Shown here piece by piece: positions 11,613 to 21,790 of a DNA stretch of 64,000 nt. The position numbers were made by a program, and so were the translations under genes. Each line of letters opens with the position of its first letter. Within the stretch, counting starts at the first letter, position 1. Below the pieces are notes generated by a model. That model was not told the origin of the DNA. It made no database searches and worked only from the letters and a program-made list of their open reading frames with translations. The stretch is from Octopus sinensis. Taxonomy: Eukaryota. Location of the stretch: contig NC_043000.1 of NCBI RefSeq assembly GCF_006345805.1, forward strand, positions 66,526,001-66,590,000. The letters run 5' to 3'.

Positions 11613-14100
11613 ACACTGGTCAACAAAAAATTTGTCCCAAGAAAAAGAATACCTGTATCTTATATGTTTTTGAATGCAGAATTCAAAAATAATGTCAAAT
11701 TATCTGTATCACCTACAGTTTCTCTGTTCCCCGATATCCCTTTCAGTTGAGCTGTTGAAATGTGAAGCTAATGGTTTAAGAAATACTCCTTATTTAAATG
11801 CTTATGAATAGAATTAACCTAATGAAATCATAAATCTAGCTATCTGAGTCAACGAGTCACCAAAGCTTGGCAACACTGAGTCAATGAGTCACCAATACTT
11901 TGTCAGTGTTGTGCTTGAAGTGTAGGTGTGCAATTGTGTATTAAGTTCACATATTCCATTCACCTTCATAATGCCAAGAAACTGTATAAACATTGCAGAC
12001 AACTTTTGCTATATTTACGGTGACTTAACATTCAAGTCACAAAGGTGGTGTTTCACGACATTAATTAAAAAGTGCTATGAGCATTATTTTGACTGCAAAG
12101 TGGGTAATCAGGATAAAAGCTAAGCTCCTCATGTGTGTTGGGTAACCTGTGTCAGGCTTCTCACTGCATGGGCCAAAGGTTCATGCTATATGCCTTTTGC
12201 CATCCCTATGATTTGGAGAGAGCTCAATGATCAGATTGCTACCTCTGATGAATATACGAGGTATAACATCAAAATTCGAGCATACTGTAAAACATCCTAA
12301 TTTACAATCTGCCATGAGACCAGTACTTCACAGTCAACACTTAACTGTACCTGACCCCCACCCAAAAAAAAATGACACTGAGTGACAATGAGTCAAATGA
12401 TGAAGTGTGAAGGAAGAAACAGAAGACATGGACTTTAAGCCAAACAGTTCTTCAAGTGAACCACATTTGTTGAGTCAGGGAGATCTGAATGATCTTGTAC
12501 ATGATTTAAACTTATCGAAAAAGCAAGCTGAACTTCTTTGTTCCAGGTTAAAGGGCTGGAATCTTCTCCAGGAGACCAAAGTTAGTTTTTATCATGCTAT
12601 GCATTGTGATTTTTCAAAATTTTCTCACTTGAGGATGGTATGGTGTTTTGTAATAATGTATATCCTGTTATGGAGGAACTTAACCACAAATATAACACAA
12701 ATGAGTGGCGTTTGTTTATTGACTCCTCAAAAGTAAGCTGGAAAGCAGTTTTACTCCACAATGGAAATAAGTTTCCTTCTGTTCCTCTGGACCACGCAGC
12801 TAACATGAAAGAAACATATGAGAGCATGAAGCTTCTGTTGCAAACAATTAAGTATGAGGAACATAAATGGAATATTTGTTGGTGACCTAAAGGTTGTGAA
12901 ACTTTTACTTGGAATGCAGATGGGTTACACCAAGTTTTGTTGCTTTCTCTGTGAGTGGGACAGTTGGGATGAGAAAAATTATGAAAAGAATGTATGGCCA
13001 AAATGATCATTTGATCCTCTAACAAAAGAATGTCATCAATCCTCCCCCTGTTGATTCTGAGAAAATTTATCTGCTTCCTTTGAATATTAAGCTAGGGTCA
13101 ATGAAGAATTTTGTCAAAAGTATGGATAGAACTGGCAAGGGATTCACGTATTTTAAAACTAAATTTCCAAGAGTAAGTGACACAAAAATTAAGGAAGGTA
13201 TTTTTGTTGGGCCACAGATTAGAGAGCCGATGGGAGACCAAAAGTTTGAAGAGCTCAATGATGATGAAAAAGCTGTGTAGCTGTCATTTAACCTTTTTGT
13301 TACCATATTTCTGTTGAGATGCTCTGCGTTTCTTTCAATTATTTTAAATATGACAGAGAATTTAGTAAAATAACTTAGTTATCATTCAGCTAGTGTCAGG
13401 AACATAAACTGTGACTAAGATTTGGTGGAGGATTTTAATTCAAAACTTATGAAAACAAGACATTTGTACTACAGAGTCAGAGCTGGATTCAGCTGGGTTG
13501 GTAATGAAAGGGTTAAGAAAGTTTGCAGAGAGGTTTTGGGGAATCACAGAGCTGTGAACTATTCTGACATTGTGAAAGAGCCACTCACATCATAAAAAAG
13601 CTTGGGATGCAATATGAACCTAAAGATCCACTTCTTGAACTCTCACTTGGACTTTTTTCCTACAAATCTTGGGGCTGTCAGTGATGAGTACAGCAAAACA
13701 TTCTGAAGATGAAAATCTGGTACCAAGGAAAGTGGAGCTCTTCTATGTTGGCTGATTGTTGTTGGTCACTAAAAAGGGATGTTCCAGAAGCTAAATAGTT
13801 GAAAATCATACGCCTCTACATTTTAAAGGTAAGTTTTCTTGTAATATCAGCCCGATTTTTGAATTTGTGAAATACAATTGTTTAACAATTTACATATGCT
13901 ATCACAGAAAAACATGACTTACAGAAAAGATCTGAAAACACACTTAAATTCTGCAGATAAAATGCTATTTAGTTCATCTACTTTTGTTTGTGGGACACAC
14001 ATTTTCATTAATACTGTACACTAATTATAATTGTCATTCTTATTTCTGCATTAATATAGTACATTTATTGTATAATTTAATTACTCTGTCACATAAAAAC
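11613..14100 (+). mobile_element. Chapaev (CMC superfamily, Chapaev3-like) DNA transposon, decayed
   Basis: N-terminal Cys/His domain MPRNCINIADNFCYIYG..KVGNQDKS*APHVC..MPFAIPMIWRE; core EWRLFIDSSKVSWKAVLLHNGNKFPS, GYTKFCCFLCEWDS, IKLGSMKNFVK, KIKEGIFVGPQIR; CAC start at 11613. Family name from recalled motifs; right end uncertain. Confidence 0.78.
13292..13512. mobile_element. piggyBac-type MITE inserted in the Chapaev transposase
   Basis: TTAA at 13288-91 and 13513-16; TIR cctttttgttacca / tggtaatgaaaggg; removal restores SFKKVCREVLGNHRAVNY. Confidence 0.85.
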
Positions 14101-15279
14101 CATGCCTGATAGAAAAATTCTAAAAATAGATTCGAAATCTGCATTATAACTACTATAAACTTCACTTTCTTACATTTTTATATATACATATTTTTTTTGA
14201 ATATTGGAATTTACGTTTAAAAAAATTCGAAGTGAAATTTGTGAGAATTCAATTTTATATAATTGTAATCTCCAATTATTAAAAACTGTAAATCTCCGCC
14301 CCCTAAAAAGAAAAAAAAATACGGGAAAAGTTTCAGGATGAAAAAGTTAGGGAAAGTAAGGAAGCCTCAAAATTTGAACTTTTGAGGTTTTTGGAAGAAT
14401 CAAATTTTTTTTTTGTCAGAATCACAACCTGTAATGATTAAAACATATATATCCAAAGAAATTATTTGTTTAGGAAGTTCTATTCTATAAGATTACCGAT
14501 TTTCAACACTGATGCTTTTGGTGTTTCAGTATTTTATATCCATGTAACTTTCTGGGCATTTTATCATTTTAATTAATGATAGTTGGTGTGATTGTGTGAA
14601 TACCTATGAATTCTTAAAGATTCTTTATTTTTCCTAAGCATCGACATGTTCTACAGGTGTTAAACAATTTCAGAGAGAGGAATTGCATGGCTTAGTGACT
14701 AGGATATTTGATTCCTAGTGGTGCATTGTGTCATCCAGCATGACACATTATTTCTTGTTGCTCCAGTCCACCCAGCTGACAAAAATGAATTGTACCTGTA
14801 ATTCAAAAGGCCAGCCATATCACATTCTGTGTCATGCTGAATTTCCCTGAGACCTACATTAAGGGTATGCATGTCTGTGGAGCGCTCAGCCACTTGCATG
14901 TTAATTTCATGAACAGGCTGTTCAGTTGATCGGCTCATCTGGAATATTTGACATTGCAACCAACAGAGAACCAGGATACAATTTCAATCAGTTGTAGGTA
15001 CTGGAAGAGTTCCCCACCCTTGCTATATAATGTATCTTGGATGTGAAAGAAACTGTAAAAGACTAGGAAACAAGCCAAAGAGGAATTCTCAATGAACAGT
15101 AGGGAAACTTTCAAATCTCAGCAGTAGGGACCAAGTCCACAAGTATCCGTGAAAACACATTCAAAGTTGATTGTTAACCTATGATTTTGTTTCCTTTCAC
15201 CCAGTGGTTTGGTCCCTGTTCAGCTCTGATAAGAGGAATACAAGCTGCGATCACCTTGTTCATTTTTTTTTTTTTATCA

Positions 15280-15648
15280 AAATCGAAATGGATCAACATC
15301 AATGGAAATTGTAGCTGTGATACCAGTGCCAGTGGCACGTAAGAGAACCATCCGAATGTGGCCGTTGCCAGCGCTGCCCCGACTGGCCTCTGTGCAGTGG
15401 CACGTAAAAAGCACCATCCGATCGTGGCCGTTTGCCAGCCTTGCCTTGCACCTGTGCCGGTGGCATATAAAAAGCACCCACTACACTCACGGAGTGGTTG
15501 GCGTTAGGAAGGGCATCCAGCCATAGAAACACTGCCAGATCAGACTGGGCCTGGTGCAGCCTTCTGGCTTCCCAGACCCCAGTTGAACCATCCAACCCAT
15601 GCTAGCATGGAAAGCGGACGTTAAACGATGATGATGATGATGATGATG
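15280..15648 (+). mobile_element. RTE 3' tail fragment ending in (GAT)n
   Basis: Ends ggacgttaaacgatgatgatg...; internal gtaaaaagcacc units; matches the tails of ORF-bearing copies. Confidence 0.9.
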
Positions 15649-15890
15649 TGTCTAGAAGTATCTAGAAAAATCGTTCCTAAACTCGGAAATAGTTTTGAAA
15701 ATTATTGTACAACCTGGCATTCTTACATGTGTGCATCCCGAATTTGTTACCTCATAACTTCCAGAAAAATGGATGTTTTTAAATAAAACTTTCTACAAAT
15801 ACGCTTCAGATGGTGTAGATTTCAATTATATCAGAATATGTTGTGAAAAAATGTTTTCAAGGGTGGGATGAAAAATAACACGAGATGCAT

Positions 15891-16287
15891 TTCTTTCTTT
15901 CTTTTACTTGTTTCAGTCATTTGACTGTGGCCATGCTGGAGCACCGCCTTTATTCGAGCAAATTGACCCCAGGACTTATTCTTTGTAAGCCTAGTACTTA
16001 TTCTATCAGTCTCTTTTACAGAACCGCTAAGTTACGGGGACGTAAACACACCAGCATCAGTTGTCAAGCAACGTTGGGGGGACAATAACAGACACACAAA
16101 AATACACACGCACACACACATATACAACGGGCTTCTTTTAGCTTCCGTCTACCAAATCCACTCACAAGGCTTTGGTCGGCCCGAGGCTATAGTAGAAGAC
16201 ACTTGCCCAAGGTGCCAAGCAGTGGGACTGAACCCGGAACCATGTGGATCATAAGCAAGCTACTTACCACACAGCCACTCCTATGCC
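15891..16287 (-). mobile_element. tRNA-derived SINE family A, full length
   Basis: Reverse complement of 43524-43937, with an internal (CA)n tract. Confidence 0.92.
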
Positions 16288-16895
16288 TTTACTCACAACT
16301 TTCAGAAAATGGGTAATTTTTTTCTGAAATATTCTATGAATACCTTCTAGAGTGTGTAGATTATGATTATATTGAAATTTAATATGGAAAAAAAAAAAAA
16401 ATGGCAGACTCATACACATATATAATGACATATGTCACATCAATCTACAAAATAAAACTTGGAATTTTGAAAAAAATTGTAATGTGTGTAAGTATGTATG
16501 TGAGCGTGCTGACTATTTTTCTTCTCACATTAAATTCCGATATAACTGTAATTTACACTCTCTGAGAGAAGTATTGGTAGAAAATTTCATTAAAAAATAG
16601 CCATTTTTCTCAAAGTTATGAGGAAACAAAGCCAACTTGTGAGAATTTCCTGAAACTCATCTTCCTACCCACAGAAATATTTTTTCACAACAAATTCCAG
16701 ATCTAGTCAGTTTGGCTGCCAGCATCAATTCTGTTCAAATTGATTTCATATTCAGTGTAATGATATACTTTTATAGGCTAATGAATGACGTGAAAATCAT
16801 TTTTGCTATAAATCAATAAATAAAGAGTTATTAGCAATTAAAGTTTGAAAATGTTGGTAATTTTAACCAATTGTAAGCCACAGACACATTCATAC

Positions 16896-16936
16896 CTGTT
16901 TCCATAGTAACAAGTGGAACATGAGAACTCTTTTGT
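16896..16936 (-). CDS. 41-nt internal exon of the unidentified gene (TKEFSCSTCYYGN + 2 nt)
   Basis: Strong acceptor gtgctttctcgcag, donor CAG|gtatga; phase 0 to 2 joins exons 18720-18788 and 9755-9884 in frame. Confidence 0.75.
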
Positions 16937-17084
16937 CTGCGAGAAAGCACGAGTTGACATATATATTGAAACTACTTGTTTTACCTATCTGTTGACAGTT
17001 GAGCATGTGAATTTTAGAACTGGTCAATAAAATATTTGTTTTTTAATAATATTGAATTTGTAACATATTGTTCATTACATTTGG

Positions 17085-17371
17085 GATCTAAGTTGGTTTG
17101 GCTGCCAGCATTTCAAAAATTAAAGTTTACAGAAAATTTTAAAATTTGGCACAATAATATACTTTTTCAAGCTGAATTGTTGGAGTTATCTCACTTTTTC
17201 CAGAAAAATGTTTTCAAAAAGTTATAGAGGTTTAAAGTTTCACCCAGTCAAGAAACAGGATTTGGAAGCTGTCATTTTGTGCATGACCACACATTTTTAA
17301 AATTGTGCCAAATTTAAAAATTTTCGGTAAACTTTAATATTTGAAATGCTGGCAACCAAACAAACTAGATC
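17085..17371. repeat. Inverted repeat, arms about 70 bp (17085-17154 and 17303-17371)
   Basis: gccagcatttcaaaaattaaagtttac...tttggcacaa versus ttgtgccaaa...gtaaactttaatatttgaaatgctggc. Confidence 0.85.
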
Positions 17372-17480
17372 TCAAATTCCAATATAATCAGAATTTACAC
17401 CACCTGAAGCGTATTTGCAGAAAATCTCATTTAAAAATATCCATTTTTCTGAAAGTTATAAGGGAACAAAATATGGTAAA

Positions 17481-17742
17481 TTTTTTGAGCAACACTCACA
17501 CAATTTTCACTAAAAAAAAAAAATCGGATTTTTTGCATGGAATCAAGTACCTTGACCTCCTAATATGCTGCAAATCCTTTATTTTGGTTCAGAAAAGGAT
17601 GAGGGGGAGGGGGATCCCCCCTTATTTCTGAACAAAAATAAGGGATTTACAGTATATTAGGGGGTCATGGTACTTTATTCCACGCAAAAAAATCTGAGTT
17701 TTTTTTTTCTTAGTGAAAATCGTGCGGGTGTTACTCAAAAAA
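17481..17742. repeat. Palindromic MITE-like hairpin, arms about 120 bp
   Basis: ttttttgagcaacac...ggttcagaaa versus tttctgaac...gtgttactcaaaaaa, with a short G-rich centre. Confidence 0.88.
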
Positions 17743-18028
17743 TATACTCAAAGTATGAGGGGGAGGCACACATCTGTAAGAGCGCTGCAGAACCTATACC
17801 TATATCTTACCTGCCACCCAATAGTAACCCATTAATTACTGGGTGAGTAAGATTATTAAAGGTTATTAAATGGTTCCTTAATCACCCAGTGATTAGGAAT
17901 TATTGAGGGCACGTTGCCTAGTGGTTGGGTGATGTCTTCAGGACAGCAGATCGTGGTTTTGATTCCCCCCAAAACGCTTTATTTCATGTACCTTGGTTTC
18001 TTTGGAACCCACTTGCAAGACACTTATC

Positions 18029-18430
18029 GGATATTTTCGGTTTGAACGGCAGTTTTTGCTAGCGGTGTCATATGAAATTGTCACCCATAATTATGACCCT
18101 AGTATCGATCTATTGCATTTCATTCTGTTTTAGGGTTAGGGGTGGGGGGAAGGGTATCTTTTTTTTCTTCAGAAATGTAAATAAACCCAATCTGTTTCTT
18201 AAACGAGGGACATATTCATACGGCACAGAATGTTTTTCACCTCAATAGACGTCATTGATTGGTTGAAATTGAAGAAAAAACAACAAATATCTTACAAACT
18301 ATAGAATTTTCTCAATAAAGCCAAGAGAAAAAGATGTTTTATAAACACATTCTACCAGCATACGAAGTTTAAAAGTGTTTAGTTACGTGGAAAATATTTT
18401 TAAAAACTGCCGGTCAAACCGAAAAGATCC
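18029..18430. mobile_element. MITE with GG termini and an 8-bp TSD (Merlin-like)
   Basis: TIR GGATATTTTCGGTTTGAACGGCAGTTTT / AAAACTGCCGGTCAAACCGAAAAGATCC; flanks CACTTATC and TACTTATC (7/8). Confidence 0.8.
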
Positions 18431-18719
18431 TACTTATCTACAATATGTTTTCTTTTTAAAAATCAAAAAGGTGTGATTTGAAAGAAGTTTGGTTGCTATT
18501 CTTAGCACTTCGAGCGGCTATGTAGAAGCTTCCTTCGTTTACTCGGTGGTAAAGACGTTCTAAATATTGGTTAGTTTGACTGTAATTTAACCAGCTTGTC
18601 ATGGTGAATGTACAAAATTATAGGCAGATCGCCAAATTATATAATACACTAATCTAATTATATACAAAATCTAATTGTAGACAATATTTTATTAAATAAA
18701 GCAACGGAATACAATTTAC

Positions 18720-18788
18720 TTCCTGGTTCACTCTCTCTCGCATTATGAATTGTAAGTTCTGAAGTTTCAGTTTAATAAATTCAGTAGC
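18720..18788 (-). CDS. 69-nt exon of the unidentified gene (ATEFIKLKLQNLQFIMRERVNQE)
   Basis: Acceptor ttcatttag, donor GAA|gtaaat, only one open frame, phase 0/0. Confidence 0.68.
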
Positions 18789-19055
18789 CTAAATGAACTT
18801 ATCTTCGAATCTAAGCTTATATTAAGGAATAGCTATAAATGTTAATTACTAACAGAGTAAGAAATTTTCTTTTTTGGTCGGCTTCACTTATCAACGGCTA
18901 TGCTTTTTATCGACCTCGAAAGAACGAAAGTCACAAAAAAGAATGTCTGTAATATAAATTCTTTCTTAAAAGAGCTACAATCGAATATGCATCATATATT
19001 ACAAAATATATATTGGGTACTACAATAGACAAGTACCTATATATTGTATACTTAC

Positions 19056-19111
19056 TTAGTCGGGTTCTTATAAAATTCGTCCATCGGGTTGACCATATCG
19101 AGCTCGTCCAT
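19056..19111 (-). CDS. Candidate first exon (MDELDMVNPMDEFYKNPT + AA)
   Basis: ATG at 19111 and consensus donor gtaagt at 19055, but it ends in phase 2, which conflicts with the phase-0 exon at 18788. Confidence 0.4.
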
Positions 19112-19347
19112 GATTGAAGAAAGTAGGGAACTTAAACAATATCTAAGTTTACAAATATCTTATTGACCTAAGGACACATAACTCTTATTGTTTGTGTCGT
19201 AGCACAACAAAAATGCATGCGTTGGTAATTTTATAAATCTTGAGCTGATTGCATAAATGTTGAAAGTGAAATAACTTCGTTAATAATCTTAAATGACAAA
19301 ATATTTTAAAGGATGAAAAATAAATTATGTTAATGTTGACATTATCA

Positions 19348-19857
19348 GGCGTAGGAGTCACTGTGTGGTAAGTAGCTTGCTTACCAACCACATGGTTCCG
19401 GGTTCAGTCCCTATGCGTGGCACCTTGGGTAAGTGTCTCCTACTATAGCCTTGTGAGTGGATTTGGTAGACGGAAATTGAAAGGTGCCTGTCGTATATAT
19501 CTTATATTAAACTTTTAATACTTTTTGATAGTTATATAATTAAAAAATTAATAATTAACTAAATAAAATAAAATAAAACAATAATAATAAATATATATAT
19601 ATATACATATATATTTAAAATTTATAAGTTTAAATTATTTAAATAATTTTTTAAATTTTAACTTTAATTTAAATATTTTAATTTGGAATTTTATATTTTT
19701 TATATTTTATACTTTTTTTAAAATTAATTTTATTTCTATGTATTTTGGCTTATGATTTTCACTGTTTGATTTGCCTAATAGTGGTTTTATCTCTAATTTA
19801 ATATAATATAATATTATATTATATATATATATATATATAATATATATATATATATAT

Positions 19858-19905
<48 letters not shown>

Positions 19906-20122
19906 GTATATGTTTGTGTGTCTGTGTTGTCATCCCAACATCGCTTGACAACCGATATTGGTGTGTTTACGTCCCCGTAACTTAGCGGTTCGGAAAAAGA
20001 GACCGACAGAATAAGTACTAGGCTTACAAAGAATAAGTCCTGGGGTCGATTTGCTCGAGTAAAGGCGGTGCTCCAGCATGGCCACAGTCAAATGACTGAA
20101 ACAGGTAAAAGAGTAAACGAGA
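19348..20122 (+). mobile_element. SINE family A with an expanded internal AT-rich tract (about 19495-19910)
   Basis: Head ggcgtaggagtcactgtgtggtaagtagc and tail ctccagcatggccacagtcaaatgactgaaac match 43524-43937. Confidence 0.9.
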
Positions 20123-20250
20123 GTTATGACCCGGAAACGAAATCGAAAAATAAAAAAAAAAATAGTGCAACGGGTGTAAACAAAAGATGTAGAAAACGAA
20201 TATGAAAACACAAGTGTGCGGAAAGCAACGGGGTGGGGTGTTTAAGGAAA

Positions 20251-20763
20251 TCTATATATATAAAACTGTAGTTGTGTGAGTGTCTGTCCCCTTCGATTTA
20301 GATTCCTAACTACTCCCACATTTTGCGGTGCAGTTTAACCAAATTCGGGTATCTTATAGTCGTGATTCATATCGAGCCCGTCTGAGTATTAGCGCGCGTC
20401 TACGATGAGTCTACGATTTTAAAAATAATTTAACATCATTTTTTATTCCATTTTAATGCGTAATTTTTCGTGTGTCGATGGTGGCGGAGTTGGCGTCCAT
20501 GGTCACACCTGCACCTGTTTGCTTCTCCCCCTTCTTCCCTCCCTCGTGAAGCTGTGGGGAAGGGAGTGTAAGGAAATCAACGTCGTAAAGCGTTGTCAAG
20601 GAGACCAGCGTTCTTTTAGAACAATGACTTCATGGCTTGAAGACACCAAAACAGAAATGGCTAAGAAAGCCCGAATTGGCATCTATAAGGGAAGTAACTC
20701 TCTAAAAATGCTTATATAGTTATTTCCCTTACAAACCCGAGCAACGCCGGGCGATACTGCTAG
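20251..20763 (+). mobile_element. Non-autonomous Helitron
   Basis: Inserted between A20250 and T20764; 5' TC; 3' hairpin CCCGAGCAACGCCGGG followed by CTAG; no TSD. Confidence 0.88.
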
Positions 20764-21732
20764 TGTTATATATCTTTCAAACGGCATACATTACGATTAT
20801 AACGAAAATTGTGGGTAAAATCTTTTCCGAAGGAGTGGAGAGAGGACTTCGGAAAATTCACAAGATCCGATTTTTTCCCTCGTAACTTTAAGGAAAATGG
20901 ATATCTTTTAATGAAATTGAATATAAATACTTTTCAAACGACATGCATTATGGATAACTAATGTGCTATACGCCCCTTATTTTTGTTCGGAAAAGGTGGT
21001 GGTGGTGGTGGGGGAAGGGCAATAAATGCGTTTTTTGAAGGTGAGATGCGAAACTGCATTAGCCAGTTTTCTGTACCCATATTTTAAGATAACATTTTGC
21101 AGAAATACGTTTTCTAGAGTGTGGATTACATTAGACTGACAATTCGAACAAGTTTGAAAAGAATAATAAGTGAAAATGCTGAAATTATAAAAAATAGTGG
21201 TAACGAAGTCTGGACAGGAGAGAGAAAGAATGATACAAAATCCTTACAAAAACCACGTTAGTGTTTGTGTGTGTGAAACAAGTAAAATTATAATATTAAA
21301 ACAAAATATCTTTTACATACCTCTTAAAAATCACTGGATATATTAATCCCAGATTGCAGATTGTGGCATATTAGGTCACGGTAATTCATTTATAGAAAAA
21401 AGAAAAAAACATTTTCCAATAATTCCGGTTTCTCCCACCCCTTTTTTCCGAACAAAAATAAGGAGTTTGCGGCACATTAGGCATCCGTTATGCATGCCAT
21501 TTGAAAGGTATATATATACAATTTCATTAAAAGATAGGAAAGACTTCCGCCCGCCACCCCCATTTTCTCCCAAATTTGTTTATTTTTCTAATTTTTTTTT
21601 TTAGCCAAAAACCCCCGTTTTCGGAACGGAGGTTCCGAAAACTTGCCAAAAATCGGCATTGTTAAAATTTTGCCCTCTTTCCGCCCCGCAAAGTCTTTAA
21701 TTTTGACTTGTTTCCCCAACACTAATTCTAAC

Positions 21733-21790
21733 ACCAACCCTAACCCTAAAACCCTAACCCCAACCCTAACCCTAAAACCCTAACCGTAAC
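21733..21790. repeat. Interstitial telomere-like (CCCTAA/CCCTAAAA)n tract
   Basis: aaccctaaccctaaaaccctaaccccaaccctaaccctaaaaccctaacc. Confidence 0.9.

Noticed and set aside
16896-18788. TFIIE-alpha/TFE identity for the hidden gene (KLKL...F.C..C..RF pattern)
   Set aside because: Only one CxxC is present and there is no winged-helix region or second Cys pair; the resemblance is too thin to name.
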